DNA from: Marsupella aquatica
Taxonomy: Eukaryota > Plantae > Marchantiophyta
Reading direction: 5' to 3'
Assembly (NCBI GenBank): GCA_973895155.1
Contig: OZ316899.1
Location: 2,069,573 to 2,133,572 of the forward strand
DNA: 64,000 nucleotides
Part shown: positions 12,286 through 24,380 of the stretch, in pieces
How the letters are laid out: each line of letters starts with the position of its first letter
How positions within the stretch are numbered: position 1 is the first letter of the stretch
Notes under the pieces: model-generated
Database searches by the model: none
Told to the model about the DNA's origin: nothing
What the model saw: the letters and a program-made list of their open reading frames with translations, nothing else
Position numbers and translations under genes: made by a program

Positions 12286-13862
12286 CACTAGTACAAAAAT
12301 GACCCCTAAACCAATTTTCTACGCATCGGACGCCTTTGGCAAAATGTTGCGGTTCTTACAGGTGGTCCAATTTTAGTCCAATCGCACTTTCCAATGCTCA
12401 AACAATCGGGTAAGCTTGATCAAAAAAGTCCAATTCCTCTGGTATTGGAAATCAGGTTTCAATTAAAAAATGATGGCAAAACCATGTCCAATTCTATTAG
12501 TATGGCATCATGTGGTCCAAGCACTTTGGAATCGATATGCAATGTGCAATGTCGTAAATTTCAAAAGCTCTACCCGATAACCACGGAAAGTGTGGAGCCG
12601 ATACTTTTTCTCAATCTAGTGGCAAGCTAATTAGTGTGTGTGCAGATTTGAACTCTATTGGTTGGCTAGGTTGTGTGTGCGGTCACCCATCCCAAGTGCT
12701 ATTCCTCCCACATGGAGCTTAACTATGTGGTTCTTTACTAGTGCATTGTACATGGAAGCTTGAAAATTTTGGTGTTTGAGATAGACTCTTTGGGACTTTT
12801 ATACACTTCTAAATTTGTTAAGACGGCCACACTTTAGACCCCGTTTCCAATCCTAATTAACATGGATCACTAAGTCTGTTTAACTCACAATTGGACCCCA
12901 ATCCTATTCTAGTTGCATTGCAAATCACACATCCAATTTAATAACGATTGGACATGCTTCTCCAATCCTTGATTGCTTGGAAAACTTTACTGATTATTTA
13001 CGTCACAAGCACAAGTTTCCGTTTCCAATTTAATCACTCATCAAAATTTCCAATTAAATCTGCATTGAAACATCCAATCTTTGGAAAAACGGGGTTGAGC
13101 TTTTCTTTGGAAAGACGTTTACGACTCATTTAGAATTGAAACAAAATTGGACCATGTGGTCCAATGTTGACTGGCATGGGCAGTGGATCCATTGTGTCCA
13201 TAATTGGATACGGTGTCCGTTTGAAATTTGAATGAAATGGTGTTTGTTCAATTCAAGTAGAATGGCAAAGTTCAATTCGGAGTACAGCTACATCATCAGT
13301 TATCAATGTTTCCATTAGTCAACCTGATATCAGTCGCCATGTCATCTCAGAGAGGCCGCCAAGTTGGGGCACCCAAAAAAAATTTGCAAAATTTTTCTTT
13401 TGAATTTTTTTCTCAAAATTTGATGGAAAAAAAAACTTAAATTTTTTTTTCACTATGGGTGTCAATACAGATACCACATCTTGGCGAGACCTGCCGAGAT
13501 AGTCATGTGTCCGTACGGTACAAACACAAAATTTTGTCAGAATTTTATTTTGGATTTTATTTTTGGAAATTAAAAAATTAAAAAATTGTTTTTTTTGTTG
13601 TTGTCCTTACGTCGATCTCGGCAAGGTCAGCTAAGATGCGCAAAAGTGCAAAGGCCCTATCTCAACTGCTCAGCTAAGATTCAAAAATTTCAAGGCGGAA
13701 AAACTGATATCAATTATCAGCCACTGATAACTGATGATCCTCACTACCCTTTCAATTTGTGTTACATCGGAAAGTGCAGTCGGTGATCCAATTGGAATAG
13801 AATGGCAACTCTTGGCATAGTCAGAAAGCGAGAATTGGACTAGGCCCCAAAATGTACTAGTG
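12286..13862. mobile_element. Non-autonomous CACTA (EnSpm) element
   Basis: Termini CACTAGTACA... and ...TGTACTAGTG (10-bp perfect TIR), with a 3-bp TSD ACT on both sides. No transposase ORF. Confidence 0.85.
13279..13749. mobile_element. MITE-like derivative of the large MULE family, nested in the CACTA element
   Basis: Carries the TIR core CATCAGTTATCA / TGATAACTGATG shared with 28361 and 45239, plus degenerate TCTCGG..CCGAGA palindromes. Imperfect 9-bp TSD GTTCAATTC / TTTCAATTT. Confidence 0.7.
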
Positions 13863-15291
13863 ACTTTAGGTGCACACTCACTTGTAGACTACTATCATCT
13901 GCCATCGTTTCCGTAAAACTAGCGCTCATGCACCATAAAGTATGAGTAGTGCAGAGTAGTGTACTTGTGCATTGATTTTAACTCTGAAGAGCTACTAACC
14001 AGGTTGGACAGGAGCAAACCCTAAGGTCCTTCCTACAATCATCCAATGATCATGAATATGATCGTACTGTCGGATACACTTGGCTGACCTAGTCAAACAA
14101 TATTCCTAGCATGTACCAATTCAACTTGCTGGAGTTGTAAAATGTCCACAATGCGACATAATTTTAGTCTGCCCATCAGTTATGAAACAATGCGGACAAC
14201 TTAAGTTTTGTCATGCTGAAGTGCAATTAAATGATAGGAGATATATACTTATAGAATGGGCTATGGAGAGGATGTTGGTCGCCTTGACGTGAGTACAGAA
14301 AGGCCGCTGATGACAACGCAAGAAAAACTACTTATGCTTCACCAAATCTCACGAATTCACAACTTTGTGAAAATGTTTATTTGCCCTGTAAACAACCAGA
14401 GAGGGGATTATTTTTTTACATCTCTATCTCTCACTGTCTTGCTCTCTTGATTGGAGGATTAGGGTCACTAGGACTAGGGTTAAGAATAGGAAAGCACTAG
14501 ATTCCACAAAGTCCGTAAGGATCAACTCTCCTCAATGGCAGATATTGTTGAAGGCCTGATGGAAAGAAACTACTGTATCAACAACGGTGCAAGGTCATCT
14601 AGACCAACAGTCAAGAGCGGTTTACAATTGCGTGCATTCTCCATATTACCAATCTCTCTCTCTCCCTCTCTCTCTCTCTCTGTGGATACGTTGCGACAGT
14701 ATATATATAAATAAATAAGTAAGTATATGTATGACTAGTGATATGTAATCCCTAGAAATGCCATTGACATCCTTCTGACATGTGTAACACCCACCAATTA
14801 TAATACATTACACATTACACATATAATACCTATGTATGGTCTATAAACGGTAAATTATGTATTTTTTTCTCAACCACATGGAATGCATTACCACCTTACG
14901 ATCACCATCCTGAGATAGGGTAGCCCAGCAATACTTAGCGCCAGCCCTACTGGCGGCAACCCTAACTTACCCCCTCCTCTATGGCCTACCTTCCAACTAA
15001 AACCTCTGCCCCAACTCGAACAATCAGTCGTGCATACATTTTTTCAACTACACATTGCCAATCTCCACAGGCTGTCTCACGACAACAGCGCAATCCAGTT
15101 TACACATTATTCAGAAGATTGAAGCAGCTACACTAGTGCAAACTGACAATCTGCACAGGCTGCCCACTACTGCATCGCCACAATTTCCATCATGGCTCGT
15201 GCAGGACAGGTATGTGCAACCAAACCTCATTTTTTATCATTTTTATGAATGATTAAATGTTTTTTCCATAGACAATACCAGCTAGCCTAAT

Positions 15292-15425
15292 GTTGGTTCA
15301 TGTCTCCCCGTTACCGCCGTGGCTTCTGGTAGCAGAAACATGGAAACAGGGATTGAATGAAATTGATTTTTGATCCCGCCCCAGGGACGGGGGCTAAAAG
15401 ACGACCCTGGGGTCTGTGATGCAGA
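15292..15425 (+). ncRNA. Putative structured RNA motif, variant A (candidate ribozyme)
   Basis: Predicted pairings: CATGT/ACATG, TCCCCGT/ACGGGGG, TACC..GGTA and CCCCAGGG/CCCTGGGG. These covary against the other copies. Confidence 0.55.
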
Positions 15426-16140
15426 CTACGTCTCCTGCATTCCAACATTAGTTGATAGTCCACTTCACACAGCATGACTAGCTATGTTGATGCACTGCAT
15501 AGACGTCCTGGCTGCAACCGGGAGAACACTCTTTTCTAGCGATACTAATCTCTCTATGTATGTTCGTTACTAACCACTATGTCTCAATGTGAATGTTTTC
15601 ATTTGAGTGCCGACACTCAAATAATGTACTGTATGCCCCGATAATGCGCCTACGACTGCTCCAACCACTTACACTGCAATCGCTTCTACCTTCTAAATAG
15701 CCCCATAGATACTCACCGCATGTCAATAGAAACGTTCTGTTGCAACTTCAAAACACAGAATGAACTACGACAGCACATATACATTTAATACCTAGCTATT
15801 TATTACAAGGATTGTTACTCTTACTTTTCGCAGTTACGACATAAGCCTGCTTGACTAATGACTGCACCGCTACCTAGATTGTATGATCGTCGTTTTTAAT
15901 GACCATACTGATCCCTGAGTGTATAACTAAGACTTTGATATGTCTGTGTTCGCAATTCATGACTAACTCAAGATAAGTGTCGATCGATGGCTTAACTAGA
16001 TCAGGTGAATGACTTGGTATGTGAGTATTTAAAGAGGCACAACTCGTTACCATACTCGACGCTGTATAGACTCTGCCTATGCCTGCTATGACTTAGTCCA
16101 GACTTGACAATGGCCTTGAATGGGTGTTCTTCTTATGAAA

Positions 16141-17540
16141 TTATCTCTCTTTGGACAAAAGAAAATCGAATTACCCATTTTAAATCAGTATTATAGAAAT
16201 ACCTCAAAACCAATGTATGGACATGTTTATACATATAAAATATAAGTATGTTTTGACTTACACTTACATTTATGCACATAAATAAATATACTAATTCTCT
16301 GACACATGCACCACCATTCGATCTTAACGCTAAGAGATGTTAGTACATCTACCACTCAAATAAAATACCCTAGATCTGACGGTCACCATAGGGTTTTGGA
16401 CCCCACAAAGAAAACCTAAAATATCTCAGGACCTACGCAACCTTCTTTAAAAGCGCACTGTTCACTCTCTACAATTATTCTCTTGGCACAACACTCTGGT
16501 ATCCTGCACTGACCCACTTTTTGACTGCATATCATTTCCAATGTTCTGTTCACACACTGCACTACGTGGGCCAGGACATTCTCCTGCCATGTACTCTGTG
16601 CCCTATGCTCTGCCCCAATAGATGCTTGTGATATAGTTTTTCTAAGTACATCATACTCAAGGTGACCTAGTCAATCAACGAGACCTCTTACACAACTCCA
16701 GTACATGAAAAATGGCTCGGGCGCAACAAGTATGACCTTGTTCTCTTCTATGCTGTATGATTTCTTTTATATGTCTTGTGCTAGCCTTGAACTGATTACA
16801 CGTCTCCCCGTTACCGCCTGGGCTTTGGTAGCAGAAACGTGTAGCTTGAATCTGTCCTAAGTTTGACTGGATTCTCCCCATGGATGGGGGCTCAAAGACG
16901 ACCATGGGGCCTGCAATGTAGCCCGTGTCATCTACATTTTCAGTTCAGGATGATGGTCTACATCAATCTGTATGACAGACAGATATGATGAACCGCTACC
17001 TTCTGGCTTGATCTGATCAAGATAAGTCTTTATTGTAAAGGAAAGATATATTCTTTCTTCAATGTTTGTCTCAATACTAACCTATGCTAATCTCTTTCTG
17101 GTGCTGTCATCCACAATGCAGAGTTACCTCTATGCTAATACTTGTGACGTACCTTTTTCTCCTGATTTTTTTTAACTTTGATTAAATATTTCTCAATGAC
17201 GCATGAATACACACATCTCATACTGCTCTATTTTGTTACAACACATATCATGATGTCACTACTTTATCTTTTCATATTACTTACTTGGAATATAACTCCT
17301 TTTCGTATGACCCATTTGTTTACTGCGTATCAAACTTCTATCTGTCCTCGCATGACATACCATGTGCATTCGGTAACTTGTGAATTTCTGACATGAATGA
17401 TCTGGTGGATATCATATCCCATAAAGATACTCCCTCTACCAATCTGTGTGACTAAACCATATGCTCTGTGTGGATATGGTCTCGTCTTGACGGTGGCCTT
17501 GACTGGGTGTGTATAAACTACTCTTTATGATCTCTCTCTT
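16141..17540 (+). repeat. ~1.4-kb direct repeat, copy 1 (pLTR-like)
   Basis: Near-identical to about 22961-24366 (TGGACAAAAGAAAAT...GTGTATAAACTACTCTTTATGAT). Confidence 0.9.
16793..16922 (+). ncRNA. Putative structured RNA motif, variant B
   Basis: Predicted pairings: TACACGT/ACGTGTA, TCCCCGT/ATGGGGG, TACC..GGTA and CCCCATGG/CCATGGGG. Confidence 0.55.
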
Positions 17541-17690
17541 ACTTTCCTCCACTCCTTCAATTGGTTTTGAAGGACCATTGTCAAGATCGATACTAATGCC
17601 ACACACCCATGGATGTCTGATTACAGAAACGCTGGTCATGGGAAATGCTATCTTTAGGATACGATAATGACCTCCCACGGCCATGTAACA

Positions 17691-19141
17691 TGGCTATCCA
17701 AGCCACCCTGGCCTCCATTCGCCAACCAGAAATTCACACGGCCATCCAGACACATGATCGGGATGTGATGAATCGTGGAGACGATGATGCACCAGGTCAG
17801 TTACTCCTACACGTCCTGGGGATTAATGAATGGTTTACCATATATCAATCTGCCGGATGTATCAGCACGGAGAATGCTCTGACCAAACTTGATAGTCTTA
17901 TTAGTTTGCTGGATACTTTTGAACACATCGACGAAGACGAACTGGAGCAATCGCGCGTTACCAGCAGCAAGCTAGCACGGATGTTAGCCTACGCACCAAC
18001 GGTTTCTACTACCAATGAATGTCCCCCTTCAGCACTTATTATCGATGTTCCTTTGAGACTTTGGGAGAATCCGTTGTTAAACACTTCATGGTTGTCCACT
18101 GAGGAACGTATTGCTTTCAATGAGGCCATTGATGGAGCGCAATCATCACAGAAGGACCTAGATGATTCCAAACAAGATGGAGAACCTTTCATTCCCAATA
18201 ATCCGCCACGCTTTCTAGAATGGGAAGCTTCAAAAGTTGACTGCTGCATGTGGCATATTCCTAACATCAACAATCTTGCTCCTATTTCTCTCGGGATGTG
18301 GAAAGCGTGGGCGTCCCTCTCTACCGAAGATATTAAGGCATGCAAAGCAAATGCCATCCGAGGCTTCTCATGGATCGAAACCTCACCACCAATCTCGACT
18401 CGCTGGCCCATGACGATCTTTGGTGCTCCTAAATACAAATGCTCTATGGCGGCTGGGGCTAAGATCCGTGGTAACTTTGTTACCAATACTTCTAGGTCTC
18501 CCCAGGAACACAAAACCAAGCTCTGGAACTGGCACAGACCATTCCTTTGCTGCTCCTGTAATTCGGCATCAAAAGGAGGTTGCATTGGCCAAATTCTTTG
18601 GTTCGACCACGCTGTCTGGTACATGGCCAACCATCTTGAGCTTGTCTTTGAAGCATTGTCAACACAAGCACGTCTCATCCTCATGATGAGCTTCTTAGGG
18701 GGTGAAGCACGTCGGGTGGTGCTGGACCAGGTCGCTTTCTTTTTTGTTAGACAGCTCCTTCTTGAAGCTACCAACGAACAACTATGGGACCCCTCTGCAC
18801 AACTACTTGCTGGTCATGGGGAAGCGAAGGGGGCACGCATCATCGAGACACTCGTTAAACCTGGCAAATTCTCCGAACAAACTTCAACGCCTAAACGAAA
18901 ATGGAACCTTAATACAGCTTCACCCAATGCTGAGTCCGCTACACGCAGAGGAATCTATGCAAACCAAACCCCCCAACGTGGCCGTGGACGGGGCAATTAT
19001 GCATGGAGACCTAGTACCCCGCAATCTGCACCAGGTGCGCGTCACCAATTTCAGGGCAACAAAACCCCCACGTTGGCCCCAAAGTCTTCTATCGGGCAAT
19101 CACCGCTACCACGTCGCAACATGCACTTCAATGATGAATGA
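17691..19141 (+). CDS. Uncharacterised ORF1 of the Penelope-like element (~483 aa from the first ATG)
   Basis: Uninterrupted long ORF directly upstream of the RT, with a basic Arg/Gly-rich C-terminus (TPQRGRGRGNYAW). No domain recognised. Confidence 0.6.
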
Positions 19142-19654
19142 GCGCTAGCCTACAATAAATACGCAACTTCCATGTTTTGTGTGCTCGATTCTATAATAGA
19201 TGTACCTGATAAAAACTCGTGACTACCTATCGATCGATAGTTTGTACTGATACCATAATGAAACAATGTTACGAACTTATTATATACTCTAGTTAAAATC
19301 TAATGCAATATCAACTGACTTGTCACCGCTCATTGACTTTTGTATTGATGCTATTGACATAATCGTAATCAATGTTCGACGCATTCCCTATTTTCCTATT
19401 TTTTGCTGCTTTGCTATATGAACTAACTAACGCGTACACTATCAGACAAACGGCGCCTGCTCCAACTCCCACATGGTCGGCACACAATCACTCGTAACAA
19501 GGATCGATCGGCAGTACATTTTGTGCACCTGCTATACACCAGCCGTGCCTTTGAATGGTTACCGCTACGACAAATCTTTATAACCTGCCTCACGTAGTGT
19601 AATCTATGTGATCATATACCTACGCTTGACTCTATTTGTTTCGGCTGGAGATAC

Positions 19655-21624
19655 ATGGATGCAGTTTTGACTCTATGTTATCACCCTCCTGAAGTTTTTT
19701 GCAATTTCAACATTGATTCTCTCGTAGCTGAATCTTGCGCCTGCGCCTGCCAATCCAATAGATTCAAACCCTTCCTTGATCCTCTCACTTCTAAAGAATT
19801 CCATGTAAATGACAGTCTGGCTTCTAGCCATGTTAGAACTACTAACTTAGATCTCATCAATGACAAATTCCTATGCACCATACTATCCTACGGCCTTAAC
19901 CATATAATACCCCAACCCACAAAATTCCAGACGGCGCTCCCCGAAATTTTACGTGCTTGGCTCGATATTGGTTCGTATCTTGGCTTAGCAGAATCCAACA
20001 TCAACGATGGGACAATCAGGCTCCCTGACATTTGCTATCAGTTTTGGCAAACCAGAGCACATCGCAACATTGGACATCACCGAAGGCACCAAAACGGAAG
20101 CTTATCAGCAACGGCGACATCCAAATTACAATTCCTACTGGAGCACTTTTACTTCTCAAGACTAGATAAAGCGCTAACAATGTCTGCATATTATGCATCC
20201 AGCACATTCGAGAACAAGCACTACATCGACTCCAAGGAGATGACTTCACACCTGACAACCACACTCTGGAGGAAGTCACATATACATGCCAAGAACATCT
20301 TGAACTGCTGATCCCATAGATCACTTTCCGGTATGCTGGTCTACCTTTCATTATGGCCTCATACAAATTACATAAGCATAAATATCGATGGATCACTAAT
20401 GCCTCTCGATGTATATTCTATGGACCCACCAGCATCATTACACAGATCCTAAATTGTCTATTGATAGAGCTTAAGGCATGGGCATTTAGGCAGACAGAGT
20501 TCTTACGCAAGTTCTTTCACATCAAGACCTCATTCTTTTGGGTTATCGATTCATTATACAAATTCACTTTAAACCTCCCAACAGATATACACAGCTTCTT
20601 TGTGGCTGACATTACTAGATGTTACGAGACAATCCCACTTTGTGGCGATGATAACCTACCATCCGCCTTGGCGCATGTTGCCAAAATTGCGTTCTAACAT
20701 CCCAACGCTACTCTTCGTCAACCGGAGCAACTGTGGGTTCTAATTAACATGACTTCTGGTCTCGCCACTGAAGCTCGGTGGGGGCGGCGGCCACCTCGAT
20801 CTTCCTGCTGGATTGAGTTTACATTACCGCAATTTATTCAGTTACAATCATGGCTAATAGCTAATTGCTTTATCAGACTCGGGGATCAGGTATGGCGCCA
20901 GGCTACTGGCATACCGATGGGTTTTTCTTGCTCACCACAGTGGTGTAATTTGTACTTCATTTCATATGAATTTTGATTCATGCAACGAGTGGCTAAACTA
21001 AAATGCTACCACCTTCTACCACTCTTTGAAGCGACTTACAGATATATCGACGACTTCTGCATCCTCAACAACCCGGAGATACTTTGATTCTTGGATCCAG
21101 CAGAACCCCGCACTGACAGCAACCCATATTGGATCTATGCTTTGCAGGTGGTCAGTCTACAACCTGAGATTGACGCTCATGTCCAGGATAACCCTACCTT
21201 GGGTATTGCTGGACACTTCCTTAATGTCCACATCAATATACTAGACCAACAGCATGGACTGTATGAAACTACCAGGTTTGACAAACGACAACTTCTCCCC
21301 TTCCCTTTTCAACAATACATACAATTACGTTCCAATAGGCCAGTACAACAATCCTACAACATTGCCATTTCGCAAGTAGTACCGATACTTTACATGACTA
21401 GTTCTGCACTACTTGCACATGCTGAGTTGCACATCCTAGTTCAAACGTTAGTTAATAATGGATTCCATGAAGCTCGCCTAGATAGACTCATTCTTAAATT
21501 CTGTACTACACACATATTCCCCGACATTAGATTTCCTATCAATGATCTGTGTAAACTGATTAATGAACTAAGTCTGCATCGATCATTCTTCCGTGTCCAT
21601 AAGAGAAGATGGGAATCAGTTTGA
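19655..21624 (+). pseudogene. Penelope-like (Naiad/Chlamys-type) reverse transcriptase, with stops and frameshifts
   Basis: Motifs include CAC..F.D...HV.T.NL.LI, GLNH, F..LDKA, YKLHK..YRWI, VADITRCYETIP, WRQATGIPMGFSCSP, YRYIDDF, GHFLNV and TTRFDKR..PF...Y...SNRP...SY.I.ISQV. No GIY-YIG domain recognised. Confidence 0.8.
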
Positions 21625-21725
21625 GCAGAGCTTTGGTGAGTATGGTATGCACTCCCCATCTGGGGTGAGTGCATACCACACTCATCCCGGATGGAAGTGC
21701 CTCTACCATGGGTATATGGTGGAGG

Positions 21726-21727
<2 letters not shown>

Positions 21728-21783
<56 letters not shown>
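21728..21783. repeat. (CT)n microsatellite
   Basis: About 28 CT units. Other tracts at 14653-14681 and 22950-22980. Confidence 0.95.
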
Positions 21784-21785
<2 letters not shown>

Positions 21786-22381
21786 AGAGGAACATGGAAG
21801 ACTAATGATGACAACCCTCGGAAACTAAATGGGATGTGGATATAAGTCTGGACTTTGTCATATGAGAGGGCATGACCCCCATAACACTTCAATCCTAATA
21901 CATCAATATTGGTTTACATAAACCTGGGCTATCGGAGTAGACCCAACAAACCTAGGCGCCCACGTTTGGCCCTGGAAAATACCCTAAAAATGCCGCCAAA
22001 GCAACGGCACTGCCATTTCTTGAGTCGGTTGTTTGTGCCCAGTGGCTCCTGAATTACATTCTAAGCCATACGAAAACACCACACACTGAGGTCTGTGACG
22101 TTGCATTATACACTGTAGCAAGCTCGTGCCAGCTCTGGCAAGGATCAGCTTCAACCTGCTGCAGCTCGTAAGGACAACCTGTTCACAGATCGTGAAGGAG
22201 GAAAGGTGTCGACTGTGCAGGATTCAGTAGAATCCAATGGGTGATAAAAATAAACAGGTACAATGTGTGACTATGTATGGGAAAATGTTCATATCTAATG
22301 CTTTTTGAAATACGAAATTGCTCATACTGTCATCGCTCCAATAAAATAGATGCTTAGGATGAAGTGACTAATCTATCCCTA

Positions 22382-22497
22382 GCCCATGTCTCCCCGTAGC
22401 CGTCCGGACAATGCTACAGAAATATGGGACATGAGATTTTGTTTTTACCACATTATTTCTACCCTATGACGGGGGCTGAATGAAGGCGCAGGGGATG
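22382..22497 (+). ncRNA. Putative structured RNA motif, variant C
   Basis: Predicted pairings: CCCATGT/ATATGGG, TCCCCGT/ACGGGGG, TAGC..GCTA with inner GTCC/GGAC, and CCCTATG/CGCAGGG (partly decayed). Confidence 0.5.
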
Positions 22498-22947
22498 TGG
22501 ATCACTTCAGTCAAGTGATCCCTAGGGACAGAGTATGGCCCATGCTCAATGTCTCTGACTAGACATTGGAGTAAGCCGTCACTCATCGAAAAATCGCATG
22601 TGTAAATGGGTACACTGGATTTAATTCTAATGATAATGAGAAGCTACGAATGATCCAGTGATTTACGGGTATGGTGAATGTAGATGGTTATGATATCTCT
22701 GAGTGATGATTCTATGGTTTAACATCTACCAGTGTACATTTATTAAATTGAACAGCGATCGGCATATAAGAAATTATGAGTATACTATTACCATCTATAT
22801 GATATGTGTATGGATATGAGTATAAGTATGGGCGATGCACGCAACTGAAGAATAAATTGTGGATTTCGGAATGCTATGTCGTCAGTAACAATCGGTCCTG
22901 AGTTATATCAGGGTGTGATACTATGTGTATGGACACAAGTTTCTATC

Positions 22948-22960
<13 letters not shown>

Positions 22961-22982
<22 letters not shown>

Positions 22983-24366
22983 ACAAAAGAAAATTGAATT
23001 ACCCATTTTAAATCAGTATTATAGAAATACCTCAAAACCAATGTACGGACATGTTTATACATATAAAATATAAGTATGTTTTGACTTACACTTACATTTA
23101 TGCACATAAATAAATATACTAATTCTATGATACATGCACCACCATTCGATCTTAACGCTAAGAGATGTTAGTACATCTACCACTCAAATAAAATACCCTA
23201 GATCTGACGGTCACCATAGGGTTTTGGACCCCACAAAGAAAACCTAAAATATCTCAGGACATACGCAACCTTCTTTAAAAGCACTGTTCACTCTCTACAA
23301 TTATTCTCTTGGCACAACACTCTGGTATCCTGCACTGACGCACTTTCTGACTGCATATCATTTCCAATGTTCTGTTCACACACTGCACTACGTGGGCCAG
23401 GACATTCTCCTGCCATGTACTCTGTGCCCTATGCTCTGCCCCAATAGATGCTTGTGATATAGTTTTTCTAAGTACATCATACTCAAGGTGACCTAGTCAA
23501 TCAACGAGACCTCTTACACAACTCCAGTACACGAAAAATGGCCCGGGCACAACAGGTATGACCTTGTTCTCTTCTATGCTATATGATTTCTTTTATATGT
23601 CTTGTGCTAGCCTTGAACTGATTACGCGTCTCCCCGTTACCGCCTGGGCTTTGGTAGCAGAAACGTGTAGCTTGAATCTGTCCTAAGTTTGACTGGATTC
23701 TCCCCATGGATGGGGGCTCAAAGACGACCATGGGGCCTGCAATGTAGCCCGTGTCATCTACATTTTCAGTTCAGGATGATGGTCTACATCAATCTGTATG
23801 ACAGACAGATATGATGAACCGCTACCTTCTGGCTTGATCTGATCAAGACAAGTCTTTATTGTAAAGGAAAGATATATTCTTTCTTCAATGTTTGTCTCAA
23901 TACTAACCTATGCTAATCTCTTTCTGGTGCTGTCATCCACAATGCAGAGTTACCTCTATGCTAATACTTGTGACGTACCTTTTTCTCCTGATTTTTTTAA
24001 CTTTGATTAAATATTTCTCAATGACGCATGAATACACACATCTCATACTGCTCTATTTTGTTACAACACATATCATGATGTCACTACTTTATCTTTTCAT
24101 ATTACTTACTTGGGATATAACTCCTTTTCATATGACCCATTTGTTTACTGCGTATCAAACTTCTATCTGTCCTCCCATGACATACCATGTGCATTCGGTA
24201 ACTTGTGAATTTCTGACATGAATGATCTGGTGGATATCATATCCAATAAAGATACTCCCTCTACCAATCTGTGTGACTAAACCATATGCTCTGTGTGGAT
24301 ATGGTCTCGTCTTGACGGTGGCCTTGACTGGGTGTGTATAAACTACTCTTTATGATTTCTCTCTCT
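22961..24366 (+). repeat. ~1.4-kb direct repeat, copy 2 (pLTR-like)
   Basis: Near-identical to 16141-17540. Confidence 0.9.
23620..23748 (+). ncRNA. Putative structured RNA motif, duplicate of variant B
   Basis: Lies within the 1.4-kb direct repeat and has the same helices as the 16793 copy. Confidence 0.5.
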
Positions 24367-24380
24367 GGACCCAAACATTC

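Larger units (their letters stand above)
14653..24366 (+). mobile_element. Penelope-like retroelement (Naiad/Chlamys-type RT) flanked by tandem pLTR-like units
   Basis: RT motifs (see RT feature). Four ~1.2-1.5-kb flanking units each start at a (CT)n tract and contain the same structured motif. Units 2 and 4 are near-identical. Confidence 0.75.

Noticed and set aside
15301-15412. Resemblance to RNase MRP/P P4 (GUCCCCG / ACGGGGCU), HDV-like, hairpin or canonical hammerhead ribozymes
   Set aside because: The helix order and conserved cores do not match: there is no GAAAGUCC context, no P3/L3, no loop-B partner strand and no CUGANGA with stem II. It is kept only as an unclassified motif.
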